A stretch of 64,000 nucleotides of DNA from the NCBI GenBank assembly GCA_003344405.1, contig NOWV01000019.1, positions 558,001 to 622,000 of the forward strand, given 5' to 3'. The translations under genes and the position numbers were made by a program. A model generated the notes under the pieces. That model searched no databases. It saw only the letters and a list, made by a program, of their open reading frames with translations, and was not told the DNA's origin. Shown here piece by piece: positions 13,950-28,388 of this stretch. Every line of letters starts with the position of its first letter. Position 1 is the first letter of the stretch. The DNA comes from Trichoplax sp. H2. Its lineage: Eukaryota.

Positions 13950-16900
13950 TCAAGTAAGGCATAGAATGCCATCATAAATGGGCTCATACGTAACTGGTTC
14001 GGGATGATTTGAAGTAGAATCTGAATTTCTTTCTATATCTGATGAGATCGAATCAGGTAATGGAGGCAAATCTCTCTCAATCATATGTGATGCAGAACTA
14101 GTAACATTTTCATTTGAGCTCTTTGTATTTCTGTAATTTTTCTTTAAAAATAAGGCAATGAGGATAATAATTAAGAGGATAAGAGTAAGTGAACTGATGT
14201 ATTGCCATTCTAACGTTGCTTGAGAAGCATATCTAGGCGTACCAGTAGTAGGACATCGAGATTCAGGTAGAAGAGTACTTTCGTAAGTAGTTAGACCTGC
14301 TAATTCAGATGAAAAAGTAATAAATGTTTAGTGCTGCTATAATTATAGAAATAGCAGGTATAAATACTAATGCTAAAATAAAATTATAATTTATGGCTCA
14401 TTTAGCTAATGCACGCCTGTAGATTATCTATAGCATTATTATGCACATTAGCTTCTCTGGCAGTTGCTAGTTAATTGGTTCTGTTTTTAAGTAACTGGCG
14501 CTTATATACTTCCACAAAGAACGCAAAACTTTATCACGATGTTCTCAATGCACTAGGTATATTAGAGCTGTGATCTAAGTTGTAATATTTCACTTTGTGA
14601 TCTCGTATGCATTTATATTTAGAGTTGCAGAATGATTGCCTAAATTTACCTTACAATTATAATAATTTGGTTTTACAATACTATACACATATTCTGTTCA
14701 CTAATTAATTAATATTAGATTTAGTAATCTATTGAGCGCTTTTCAATTAAATTCCTTTATCATTTTTGGATTTTGTTGTGTATTTGTAATAGTTACAGTG
14801 TAATATTGTTATTATTTAATAGATGTACAATTAGAACTTATATTTGCTAAATTAGATTTATTTTTGCTACGAAGCAGTAAAAATAATTTGTACACATTTC
14901 TGTACTTTGTAATATAACAACTAATTATTTTTACAAATTGATAATAAAAATTTTATGAAAGTCCGTTAATAGCGACGAAATTGTTGTCTTCCTAAAATTT
15001 TCCTTGCTATCCTAACATGATGAAGAAAGTTTGATAATGCTTCGTATGCATTATACAAATTTCATACCTCCCTCATCGTCTGTATTACTTAGCGTGGCTA
15101 AATTAAATTCTTGGATTGTTGTATTGTCGCTGGTGACATTAGCTTTAGCACTGTTCGCGTACCAAAAATAGACTGTATTAAATCGAAGTTGCTTGAAGCT
15201 TATTCTCATAGTAGTACTTTTAACGTGAAACTTTCGTATAGAAGTTCGAAAGAAAATAATTGTCACACATTAGTTAGTATCTTGCCCTATAAAAATATAT
15301 CCATTTTAACAATGTCGCAGTGTAATGAATAATAGCATTAACTCTGTATGCATACATCATTTTGAAGAAAAAAATTTTAGAAAGTAGGATTAAAAACATC
15401 TAAATTTTATTATATTAGAAACTAGTAATGATCTATTCAGCAAAACATTAGCTATTTGTACTGTATACATTCTTATTTAATGCTAATTCTAATTCAAAAA
15501 ATCATGAAAGTAAGCAATGCTGTTGATCTCTGCAAGTTTGCTTTTACCTTTCTAGGTGTCGTTGTTGAATCATTTTCCAAAAGGTAGAAATTGTACCAGT
15601 AGCTGATTGTACAAGTAGCCTGTTTGAAGCAAATAAAATCTACGACTTCCTGATTATATCTAATGATAGTAGTACAATTTTTAAGCGGTTGTGGTTTAAC
15701 TAGAAGAGTGAATAGCAAAGATATAGTATTAAAGAGTGTCATTAGTAGTTGGTAACAGCTAATTTGTTTCGGACAAAATTCATGGATATAGCAGTTGTTG
15801 GATTGGCGAAAGTGATATTTTTAATATTTGTAGTTCACAGTTTAACCGTATTTGAAAAAAGAATTGATTTTAATAACTTTTAGTGGAATTATGATGAAAT
15901 ATGCGGTAATAGACTATGTTAAATTTTTAGCTTTATGCTTTAAATTTACTAAAATATTTTAATAGATTTTAGTGGTATTACTGTAGTGTGTTTAATTTTC
16001 ACTGTAGTCTTGACATATTATTAAAATATGGATATTTTGTATTATACCAAATATAGATAGCTTTACAGTCTATTTCAAATACAGTACTTTCAAATATAGC
16101 TCGTTATGTTAAGTTATTCGCAGCATCTATGGCCTTCGCTGTTTCCTTCAATTATTCGCTATTACTGTGTCTGCTTATGGTAAATTTCATATTTAATTCT
16201 ACAATCCTGCTCTCTGCGTGTGTTCTTTCTCTTAATCTATAAATACTGATGGTTTCGGTCTCAAATTTATTAGTTGCATTTGTTAGTGTCTGTATCTGCA
16301 CACATTACTTCACGACAGCTTACAGTACATGCCTGATCTACCAATAACTACCACAATGCAGTGTTCTTATTTTCTACAGTAAATATTCCTTTTTCTAGTA
16401 AATACTTCGTGTATTTATTGTGAAATGTCTAAAGTTTCCACATCAACAGACTCTTCGAACCCTCCATCACAATTACAGTAATCAATGAACTTATTAACAT
16501 CTAGGAATCCAAAACTCTCCTACGTGCGATGAAAATATAAAGGATAATACTATTATATGGTGTAATCTGAGTATGCTTCATTGTATCTAAAAATTGTTGA
16601 ATCTGTTTAGGTGTACTCGTTTCTATATCTGATAAACTGATATTGTGATAATCAATATGATAATAAATTCATAAAATGCTTAATCTATTTTAAGAGATTT
16701 ATAGATATTTCACAAATCTACTTACATGAAATATTCGAAGACTTGTGACTACAGCGAATTAGCGATGGTGATTTAGCTTGTTTATGATAATGAAATGAAG
16801 TTATGATTGTATAAGTTATATTAAATCCTAACCATTTTGGCAGTAGTTGTAGCGAGCAATTGGTTTGCCTAGTGATATTGCAAATAAATTTGCTGACTAA

Positions 16901-19900
16901 AGTAAAGCCTGGAGTGTGAACAAGATACCGAATTTGATATGCAACGGACTTTATGTAAGTTCTATCGATTTTTGGTGGGTGCCAATTAATCCACAAGCGG
17001 CTGCATGCAATGGTAGCGGTTATATTGGTTACTGTAGATGATGTTCCTACAATAAAGAAGAATTGCAAAACAAAGTCATTAAATATTTTCGTATTGGGTA
17101 TCACAGATAGTTTTATGAGACGAATGGATGTTTTACTTTCGATAGGGCATTGATTATTATCATTCATAGTTATGGCAGGCGTATTATTGCTAACAGATGG
17201 ACCTGCATACAGAAAATATAGAACTTTATTTCGATCGTTACTTGAGAAACTTAAATATGGAGTATAGTTCAATTTTACTCTCGAATTATATGCAACGAAT
17301 TTAAATCAACAGCATACATAAAAATTATTTAAATTATCTATCTGTTTGTAATAATTTGGAATAGATAAAAAATTGACTTTCTAACGTGTAGTTTTGGTAA
17401 ATTATTCTTACCTGTAGGGCTAATCGAATTAGTGGTATGGACAATATTTGAACTTGTTACAGTAGTTGTATTAACAATAGATGGCGTTATATCTTGGGAT
17501 GACGTTGTGGCTGCTGTTAATGCAGTTATACCAGCATTTTTTATTTCAAAACTAAAGATGCTGCTATTACTACTTAGTTCGCCGTATATTTCACTCTGAA
17601 TGTACCAAATAAACGTCCCATAGCAATCCTTGGAGCACCCAATTTCCGCAAAAGTTAACTCCTTCATTATTTCTTTCTTCACTTTATACTATTAAAATAT
17701 TTTGGAATATCTTTTAAATTCGGATATATAATGTCTTTAGGAAATTTATAGTACTACAGTGGATTGTATTTCTACAAGAGATAGCTTAAGGTCGATTTAT
17801 GTCAGTTATAACCGTTATAAATTAACATAATTTTTATTCCCGCAGCTACTGAAAGCGACAATTCATATTCCGCTCTGCTTATTATATATTTGAAGAGATA
17901 CTTTCAAAATGGATGTCGATATTACTGTGATTAATCTTTATCTGCTATAAAAATATAGTTACCTGTCTATATTGATCGCTGGAAAATTTTTCGTTAATGT
18001 GAAATATATATTGATGTTCCACTCCATCAAAGCAAGTGTCATGTTCTTCGCACCACAATAACAACTTTTGTTTATTGTAGATGATGTCGGTATGGCAATT
18101 CCTTGGAGCTTTTGGTGTAACTAAGTAACAAATCATCAAAACAGATTAAATTAGATTCATTAATAGAGTAAGATAATGCAGCACATTTATTGTTCATTTT
18201 ACGTTAATTACAATTAGATATGTTATTAAAAATTCTCAAGATTTATTAGCATTTCTTGCATATACGCGTATGCTTTATAGAGTTTATTAAATGTATGGAA
18301 TATTCAAAAATTTAAACTGCTACCATAAATCACGTTGTTTAAAATTTTCTATTCAGTAACTGGTTGTATGCAGATAATTGAATTTCTGTTAGAGCCTTAG
18401 AAATTCATGTAATATTAGGATTAGGGTTTTTACACTATATCATATTAATTGTATTATTAATGTAAGAAACATACTATTAGTATCGGAGAAAAAATTTAAT
18501 GATCATTATGTTGTCATTCGAGAACAAAAATAATGGCTTGGAAGATTCCATTTATAAGATTGCAATGCCACTTCTACAGCTTTAATTTCTATCCGGTAAG
18601 TAATTGAAATTTACTGCATATTTGACTATCAATTAAATCTTACATTTCATAGCTGAAAATAATATATAAACTTCGCTGATTGAATTAAGCTTGTTGTTAG
18701 CAAGAGCCTCAATCTTGAACTTGAATGTTGCATCATTCCATTTTCGATTGATTGGAATAGTGCAAGCATAAGTAGTTGACCGATTACCATAATTACAGGC
18801 AGTACTCCACTTGGGATCGCCTTTACTGGATCTGCTTATTATTACATATTGAATCCAGTAATGAATTAAAAATGAGCAATACCGCTGATTGGAAGGTGGG
18901 TACCAAGTAACTTGAACATGATTACAGATAGTTCTAGCTCGAAGTTGAGTAACTGGTTCTAATAAATAAATCAAAGCTTTACTTTTTTTATCAGCTGAGG
19001 TGAATTAAATTTGTTAGATGATAAACTGCTACATATACTTCATTCGATACGGTTACCTAACATTTTACATTTGCTGTTTTTGTTCAGATTTAAACTTGTT
19101 CCTACAAAAATGATGAAAATTGTAATTTATAATGCTTACTGCTATAATGAACTAGAAATTATTTCTGTGATTGCAATGCATTAATTATTTCCTTCTCTAT
19201 CTTATCAGATTTTGTCAAGAAAACTAAGTACAATGTAATAGCTGTTGTTCTACTACCTATAGCAGGTGCGTAGCGCTGATGTTATGTATAATAAATTTAC
19301 GAGTATAAAGCTAAATAATACTGTACAATTCCGATTAGAAAAGTTATTAAACTCCTTGTAATAATTCAAACTAGTATCCAATTAATATGTAAGCATCCTG
19401 ATATCTATAAAATCTGACGTATTGTGTTACTTTTCTACTATTTATCCTATGGCCATTAAACTGTAGCACATGATTCCATGCCCACTGCTTCAAGGTTTAA
19501 TAACGAACAATATGAATGTTTGTAAATTTTGCAAGTTTCATCATTAATGTTCAAAGTAAGGAAATAAGTAAGTTTTACGATGAGTTACGATGCACATTGT
19601 GATTGTGCAGTAATTAGTATTAGTGATGGTATTGAGAATCATTTTTAGAATCTGAAACCTTAATAGAGTCATTTGTTGTATAAATTTATCAGCTATCTAA
19701 TCTACTTTTTTAAAATGCTAATCAACAAAAAATTCGATCTTGTAAAGAGTATAGCATGAATAGTATAAGTGCACAGTTTCATCATCAGCAATCATGAAAT
19801 TGGCTTATAAGCATAGTGCACTATTCTACTTCTTAATGCTAGCGTTCTTCAATTACTACTGTAATTATCTGAAACTATGACAATCCTAATAGCCACTTTT

Positions 19901-21606
19901 TACTGTTGTAATAAGAGGAGGGATGCAAATTCTTCTCCGTCAAGCATACTATCTATAAGCAATGCTTTTAAAAAGCAAAAATACGCTAATGTAACCTCAG
20001 AATTGGAGAGTTTGCCTCTGTATAAAGCTGACTAAACTATCTAAGGTATTTATCGCTTACTATCAAACCCTGTTTCTTGTAATATATGCTAATGCCACTT
20101 AGAGACAAAATTGACCTGTTCAAATGCTTTATCGCCGGTTTCTATAATTTCTTTACATATTGATATACTTTACATTGTACAGTGTACAGGCTTCGGCAAT
20201 AATTAAGTTTCTGTACGATAGGAATTTCCGACTGAATTCGACTCGCAATTAAAAGAGGAAATGTCACAAAACAGCTTTGCAACAAGATAACGCAATATAC
20301 GATCAATAAGTCAATTCCTTGAACCACGTATCAAGGAACGATATCTTCACTATCAGAAACACTCTTGCTCTACTAGCAGACTACATAAAGACTTAAACGC
20401 CTCGTATTTTACGTTAAACACTAAGTATAAGAATCCCGTTTATTACACGATATACTGCATTTATATACTCTTCCTCAATAGTTCATGAGTCATAGTTAAT
20501 ACAATTAACATTGGAATCGTTTACTGAATTAGATATTAATTTTAGCTACTGCTCCCTTAATGCAAACAACAATGTTTACGAACATAGACATGTAATGACT
20601 AATACAGAATAGTCAGATTACGATATGTCCTATCACGGAAAATTTCAATGATAATTTACAATCTACCATAAGTAAATTACAATCACAATGATTCGAACTG
20701 TAAGTAGATGATTTGCATTTCCTATTATAACTATTAATTTCAGTTTGTGTATATGTGTCACTGTGATAAAAAGTCAGTACTATATTAAAACACAGTATAT
20801 CCTAATTAGAAGTTAACTAAATAAGGATAGTCTAACAGGATTATCCTTAAATATTTCTACTCTAATACAGTATATAACACTATCACAGGAAAACTTTTAG
20901 TTTAGTGCACCGATAATTTCTTAAAAAGGAGTATATATGAAAATTGGCATTGATATAACGCCTATGGATAGTATCTATTTTAATTATAATAATATAGAAG
21001 TCACTTTTATAAGTACTTCGGTAATAAGCAAAAGATACAGTATTTTGGACTCTATGAAAGTAGTTTCTGACTATTATTAAGTACTTGCATTAGTCATCTT
21101 CTCATGCTTGCGTATATTTTTTCTCCGTTTTTGACTATCAATTTGCTCATTTTAACTGTATTTATTTGTATGTTTTCATGAGCATTATAATTAAGTTTCA
21201 ATAGTAGTACTGAAGTCATGGCACAAAATATATAAGATTACTAATGACTTCAACATTGCTTTATCTATTACATAAAATCTGACGTCATTTTCTCGCTCAT
21301 GGATGTAAATTTAGAGCTTTTATAACGACATAGTAAAGCGAATGAGTCTTTACTAGAAATAAAATAATAGATTCGAAAAGATATCGAAATAGAAATTATG
21401 ACAAACGTTTAATCAGCAAAATATTTCTCCAGAATCTAATAGGTTTCCAGCCCTTTTTTCTAGCTAAGTTCAAAGATTATTACTTTAAATTATACTGATA
21501 TAATATTTTAATTTATAATCAGTTTATACTAATTCACGACTTTACCTCGGGTTAAACCAAGAACTAGAAAAATGATGAGCCCGAATGGTTTACTGTCTGT
21601 CGCCAT
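13950..21606 (-). CDS. Receptor A: type I membrane protein with two tandem FN3-pair (cytokine-receptor-like) modules, TM helix, short Tyr/Pro-motif tail
   Basis: Exons 21606-21546 (signal MATDSKPFGLIIFLVLGLTR), 19101-19057 (Cys micro-exon), 18958-18644 (D1), 18120-17963 and 17688-17412 (D2 + Thr linker), 17202-17137 (Cys linker), 17046-16726 (D1'), 15699-15548 and 15230-15068 (D2'), 14296-13950 (stalk, TM YISSLTLILLIIILIALFL, KKNYR, tail ...RDLPPLP...VTYEPIYDGILCLT*). All GT-AG and in frame. Confidence 0.8.
16060..16330 (+). repeat. Diverged interspersed repeat with TATA-like core, copy 1 (intronic in receptor A)
   Basis: TAATTCTACAATCCTGCTCTCTGCGTGTGTTCT...CTATAAATACTGATGGTTTC...CAGCTTACA matches ~25090-25230. 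Boundaries unresolved. Confidence 0.6.
20262..20887 (-). mobile_element. Solo LTR family 1 (626 bp), TSD GGAAA, in intron 1 of receptor A
   Basis: Reverse-complement copy of 37380-38009. GGAAA at 20257-20261 and 20888-20892. Confidence 0.88.
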
Positions 21607-23831
21607 CACGTAATGATTAGTGAAATTTTCTGTGTCAAGGACTTAATCGATCTGCAGAACAATTTTTACTCGGAAAAAATACAAATCTTTTCTAAAATAA
21701 GTTTAAGAACTACTAATAAGCAAGCATTATCGGCGTTTATTAATATTATTATAGGAATATAAGTAAAATAAAAATATAAAGTGGGTAATTATATTTGCAT
21801 GCTGACACGCCCAGTCGAATTTAGTTAAATATAGCAGCCGCTCGCGTAGTTGTCAAAGTTTCTTGATTTTCTAGTACCTTCTGAGAACGGGCATAAAACG
21901 CTTGACTATCGTATCTTGAATATATGTTAACTACAAAACAACTTTTGTTGCAGTGAATGTTGGTAAGGGTAACTTATGTCTCATATTTCCATGAAAGTGC
22001 ATCATAAAGGCGTACAACATTAATCTACTTTAATTATACAAGGCTAAGGAAAGATTTAACAGATTGATGAGCACATCAAATTGTTGGCGATTATGCTATA
22101 ATTAAACGAAATACCGCGGTAAATTCAATGTGCAAATCTTACGTGCAGTAATTAACGGTTTAATTAAATTGTAAGACTGAGATTGAATTTAGAGTGCATT
22201 TATTAAAATGTTTAGTGACGAAGGCGGTAGTAAACGTATTTAAAAACTGTTACACCTGTGCGTATACGAAGTAACTCTTATTCAGTAAATAGTAACCGAA
22301 ATTGTTTATTTTGATCATTCCGTATAAGGCTTGGGAGAAATAAAATTAAGGGTAAGAAATTCAAAGTAAACAAAACAGCACGGTAAAATCTTGTTATTTC
22401 GCGAAGTCATATTCGAAATAGAAGATCTATTTAACAATTGGCCGTATCGTAGAGCACATTAAGTGGCATCTGATAAATATGAAGACAGATTAATAGCAGA
22501 AATCCTTTCAGTTCTCGGATTTATACCATGTATTGGTCGGCAAATTGTTAATCTTTTCAACTACAAGTGAAGGATTTAGCATATCTTGGCGATTTTGCAG
22601 CCAAGAGAGTACAGACGTTGTAGAATAGGCTTCTAATGAATCAGATCTTCCATTAAATAATATTAAACGGTAACAGCCGTAATCAGTACGTGATTACAAT
22701 CAGATTTATGCTACGTTAGTTCTATTTCAGTTTCAGTATATAGGTTAGATGCTAAGCACTATGATTGTAATTAATCTCTTTTGGTAGCTTAAATTCTAGT
22801 AATAGCGAGTGTTTTAATACTATATTAATCGCAGAATAAAAGCAACCTTTTCTGCTTTAATCGGAAACTTACGAGAGCTAATCTTTGACAATAAGGCTCC
22901 TGGAAGGATATAAATTATAATTTGATGTATACTTCATATTAAATGAGAATCAGTATCGATTTAGTGGAGAATTCTGGCAAATAACTACATCACTAGGACC
23001 ATCATATCAAAATTTATGCTAATTAGATTCTACAATTTCTATAAGCTACATAACTATCATCTCCTACTTAATGGATAGTATGAAATACCCTGGGATAGTG
23101 TTTTATATCGTTGTGATTTATCGTGTAATATTTAGCCACTATACTGACTAACATTTTAGAGGTAGCCATTGAGCCTTTTAATTTGGAACTTAGTATTTTG
23201 ATAGACGTTAACAATGTTGTATGACATAACCTATTTACTTGTTACATCTATTAACAGTTGAAACTAATGATAGTAAATGATAATTTTCTACTATTTTTTT
23301 CCGTACTCTATTTAGATTTCATGTTAATTACTCTGTAACGGAAGTTTACAACATTGAAGATTGTTATCCCGTAATCTTATGCTAATCTGCTTGAAATGGT
23401 GAATCAAGTAGTACAGTACTTTATGTATGACTGCGTTTTTATCATGAAATCTATATTTTAGTTTCATAAACTGTAAAATTTAAAGCAGGAAAAAGGATAA
23501 TTAGGAATGACATGCTTTATATTATGGGGATAGACATTACTAGCGATTTCATGTAATTAATGTTTCAAAATTAAAGAGATAAGATTTTCGTAAACAAATT
23601 TAAGCTAAATTATACAGTATTATCCACAGATAAATTTTCGAATGTATTGCATTACTTGCATTTATATAGTCATGAATTTGTAATTATATATCTTAAAAGT
23701 ACTACATCAAGAATATTGATTGCACTCTATTTGTATAAATTTGTTGGTCTATTAAATTACCGTACTAAGAGCCTTCCGTCTTCACTTTGACAAACTGTTT
23801 TGTTGTTTACATTAATCTTAGTCTACTATAC

Positions 23832-24028
23832 GAATACGACTTGAGCTATTCCTTGCATAGTCCCATAACCTTAAAACTTCACTCTATTGTATGAATTGGC
23901 TTATCCATTAAATTATTAAGAACTTTCTATCTTTAGTTTGATAAGCTGCCTAGTTGTGTGCAACAATCCTGGTCTTCTTTACGAACACAACTTGAATTAT
24001 TTCTTGCATAGTCTCGTAACTTTAATTC
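23832..24028. repeat. Degenerate ~46-bp direct repeat pair
   Basis: GAATACGACTTGAGCTATTCCTTGCATAGTCCCATAACCTTAA versus GAACACAACTTGAATTATTTCTTGCATAGTCTCGTAACTTTAA, about 150 bp apart. Confidence 0.55.
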
Positions 24029-24999
24029 TAGGCTAATTTGGTGACCACTTTATCGAATTATAACTTATTTTCGATAATGAAATCTAGTTCTTCTCTTAAG
24101 TATCAGTTATTCGTTTAAACCTAGCATAAATTGAAGATAACCGATGTGTGATATATCGGTATGCGTGTGATTCTTCGCCTGAAGTATATTTTAGATGGTA
24201 TGTATGGGCCCAGTTAGAATGGAAATTTGATATGCTTCATCTAGTTTAGATATATAAAAGTGCTATAGTGTTAAATTATTACAAAAAAATTAGTAATATT
24301 TAGTTACACAACGACGTTAAAAGTTATGATATAGTTTATAATTTAGATGTTTTAAGCTTTGATACAGTAGTGCTTGTTTGGTACTGTAAATTAGCATGTG
24401 CTTATGATAGATTAATAGGGATGATAGATTGTATGTTATAGCATAAATTATTTACGTGAATGGGTATAATCTAATCTATTTGCCTTGTATTAATCATCGA
24501 ATATGTATATTTTTAAATTTTAACGTATCAATTTTTGCTATTTAGTTATAAAACTATTCACGGATTTAAAACACTATTGATACAAATGATAACTTCTAGC
24601 GACTGCAAAAATTTCTATAAACTCGTCATATTGTCTAACAAAGTTAGTTTTTAAGTTTATTATTTAATATAAAGTTCAAGGTGCACCAATCACCGTGAAT
24701 TTATAGAATCAGGATCAAGGATTTTCAGGGTTTCTTAGACAGATTTAGTTCCTAATACGTTGTTTAAGGACCAGATTTATGGATTTAGTCTTCTCATAAT
24801 TTTATTATTTATCTTATTACATAAATGGTTACGTTACAGCATGAACTCTAGCATACTTTGGATTGATTCACGATTTTAGTTTGTGGTAAGTTGTAGCGTA
24901 TGTAGATTTTACTATAACTGTAATATACTCATTTATATAGACATTTGCTTTGCGCTTAAACAAAGAATTCTTTACAGTTTTTTGCACCATATTCAAAAT

Positions 25000-25230
25000 A
25001 AGCTTATAGTATTTAGTTATTAACAGTACTTACAGCCTTCCCAATTTTCGAAAATCATTTACTATTACATAGTCTGTAATGGTGTACGTTGTATCTAATT
25101 CCACAATCCTGTTCTCTGCATGTGTTCTATCACAAAAGCTATAAATACCGCCGGTTTCTATCTCAGACATCATTAGTTGTCCTAGTCATAGTATATGTAC
25201 TATCACACGTTACTCATGGCAGCTTACACA
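25000..25230 (+). repeat. Diverged interspersed repeat with TATA-like core, copy 2
   Basis: Similar to 16060-16330 (TAATTCCACAATCCTGTTCTCTGCATGTGTTCT...CTATAAATACCGCCGGTTTC...CAGCTTACA). Confidence 0.6.
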
Positions 25231-25538
25231 GATCTAAAGTAACTACCTCATTGAATCTCAGCTACTGTCTTCAATAAAGCATTCTCTTTTATCTAAACCT
25301 CCTGTACAGCAATGTTTTTTTCGTATAAGATATTCTAATAAAAGTATAAATGAAACTTATTGCTATCTATGCTGTACAATCATTTCTACACATACAGTCA
25401 CCTCAAAGAGAGTAGGAGTTGATAATTTGTTTTATAATAAATGTAACTATGAGTTTAATTTTCTGCCCCGTGCAGATTGAGAACCGTACAAACCTTCAAT
25501 AATATTTTTAGTGATAACTCAGGATAATAATACGCAAC

Positions 25539-25924
25539 TGTTACAGTGTTAAATACTGTATTACAGTAGAAATAACTATGTTAGGATAATTATGTTAGAC
25601 TATCCTTATTTAGTTAACTTCTAATTTGGATATACTGTGTTTTAATATAGCACTGACTTTTTATGACAGTGACACTTATACACATACTGAAATTAATAGT
25701 TATAATAGGGAATGCAAATCATCTGCTTACAGTTCCAATCATTGCGATTGTAATTTACTTATGGTAGATTGTAAGTTATCATGGAAATGCTCCGTGATAG
25801 GACATATCGTAATCTGACTATTCCGTATTAGTCATTACATGTCTATGTTCGTAAATACTTTTGTCTGCATTAAGGGAGCAGTAGCTAAAATTAATATCTA
25901 ATTCAGTAAATGATTCTAATGTTA
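25539..25924 (+). mobile_element. LTR family 1, 5' part, truncated by assembly gap; target site GCAAC
   Basis: Starts TGTTACAGTGTTAAATACTG and is near-identical to 37380 onward up to the N gap at 25925. The empty site is visible at 26100-26104. Confidence 0.85.
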
Positions 25925-27939
25925 NNNNNNNNNNNNNNNNNNNNATCATTTCTACACATACAGTCACCTCAAAGAGAGTAGGAGTTGATAATTTGTTTTA
26001 TAATAAATGTAACTATGAGTTTAATTTTCTGCCCCGTGCAGATTGAGAACCGTACAAACCTTCAATAATATTTTTAGTGATAACTCAGGATAATAATATG
26101 CAACATATAAAGCCTTTTTGTATTATAAATTTGCAATATTCTTAGGCTCTACGATTGCATATCGATTAAATTTAAATTAATGCAACTATTTTAGCCGTTA
26201 TCGCTCGCTATGATTCTTTGCAAGAACACAAACAGAGGAATTTAAGGAATTTAGTACAAGATCCATTAGTAAAATTGACTTGTTATTTAGCCTGAATAAG
26301 CATTTACAGCTGAAAATGTCGAATTGATCGTTTATTACGACCATAACTACTAAAGAAACCCACGCATAACGCTTTATCTAACCTAGTAAGCATTACCATT
26401 GTTACGGAAATATTGTAAAAGACTAACAGAGTCAGTTTACAGGAAAATCGGTTTTACAACGACTACTTCTAGTAGTTCCAAAATTTAATATCATGAAATA
26501 GCAACAAGTAGCCGAAAAGTCAATTTTAACACATAAAAACTGCACTGGTAATACAAATACTCAATCAAAATATAGTTTCAGAAAATTTTTGTAATACGCC
26601 TCAAGAATACATTTGCATAAATTTCTGCAATTCTTGCTTGGATCGTATGTATTAAGTACCATTTTTTCGAACATTAAAAATACTCTAAAGTCTAATGGTG
26701 ACCAATAATCGTCGATCATGATATGACAAAATAAAATGCTCATCATTACAATTGCATTAATTATCAGGCATAAGCTATTTATAAAACATTAATGCAACTA
26801 TAGGTGTCCAGTAAAATTTAATTTCGATAGAGTAACTGTCTAGCACTTCACTCGTATATATCTGGCACTCATTAAATCTTGAATAGAATCATTTCAATAA
26901 TATTACACTTTTATAGTCCTGCTAAATAAATTTTCAGAATCAATATTCGCAAATAAGTGGTTCCTACTTATTTCTAGCTCAGCGAAGAGTATCTAACACC
27001 TAATTGTTTGTGAAACCTAACTCTAATTAACTATGGAGTATTTATCGTGGAGTAGTACTGATATCATGCAATCGTCGCTCAACAAATTAACGAAAAGTTC
27101 CAATATCCAATGATAAACTATAGGATCCTGCTAAGATGTCATCGACAGCAAAATCATTTGCAAATCCAATTAATAACAGTTCATAGGTCAAATGAAGTAC
27201 GGTTGTTTTAAATAAATATTCTAAAGTCCTAATAAGCATCTCTAAAGTTGGAAAGAAACTTTATCGTACTCGTAAATCAGAGCAAGGAGATATAAATAGT
27301 TTATGGCATTACAACACCATGATGCGGGAATTATATTTAAAAGATACACATTGAGTTAATTCGCAAAGGGAGTTGAATGCGATGATTATTGCAAAATTGT
27401 TAGACATTATTCGATACAAGATTATCTAAAAGTAGTATGACGATAGCACAAATTAGAATCAAGGCTCATACTAAAATTATGTATGGCATTGCATGTCCCA
27501 TTTATATTGATCTACTTTCTACTCGAATAACATTCATCAGTTCTCATTAAAGAGTTTAATATTTATACATTCCATATCTTGAATAATAATGGAATGCAAA
27601 TATTATTTGAAGTAGAAGTACAGTAATTTGTATTTACGCATATATTCGAGTAACTACGGAATAAAATTTTTTTCATATCCCTCAATACGCAGAAAATCTA
27701 AACACTGGCAGCGTAACAAATGATTATAATAATAATAATAAATATTTTCACATTCAGTAATTAATTTACTATTACTGTAATTTTTCGGTCTTTAGCCACA
27801 CTAAAATATTAATAGCTACTTGCTTTAACTAGAAGCTACAAATTTTTCCTTCAGTCTGCTTCAAATTTGACTGTATGATCGTAAGGCGCAGATGACTCAT
27901 ATAAAGAGGGCATCAGAAAAATTTTCAATTTGATGTGTG

Positions 27940-28388
27940 TGTCACAAAACAGCTTTGCAACAAGATAACGTAATATACGATCAATAAGTCAATTCCTTGA
28001 ATCACGTATCAAGGAACGATATCTGCACTATCAGAAACACCTTTTCTCTGCTAGCAGACTACACAAAGACTTAAACGCCTCTTTTTTTACGTTAAACACT
28101 AAGTTTCAGAATCCACTTTATATGTCCTATCACGGAACATTTCCACGATAATTTTACGATCTATCATAAGTAAGTTACAATCACTATGATTCGAACTGTA
28201 AGAAGATGATTTGTATCCCCTATTATAACTATTAATTCAGTATGTGCATATGTGCCACTGTCATAAAAATTCAATGCTATATTAAAACGCAGTATATCCA
28301 AATCAGAAGTTAACTAAATAAGGATAGGCTAACAGAATTATCCTAACATAGATATTTCTACTCTAATACAGTATATAACTTTGTCACA
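27940..28388 (-). mobile_element. Solo LTR family 1 with ~180-bp internal deletion (449 bp), TSD GTGTG
   Basis: Both termini are present. GTGTG at 27935-27939 and 28389-28393. The segment carrying the TATA box is missing relative to the 630-bp copies. Confidence 0.85.

Noticed and set aside
22490-22630. Minus-strand frame with FN3-like INNLPTNTWY
   Set aside because: A short motif followed by a stop, with no matching splice sites or Cys pattern; could be chance.
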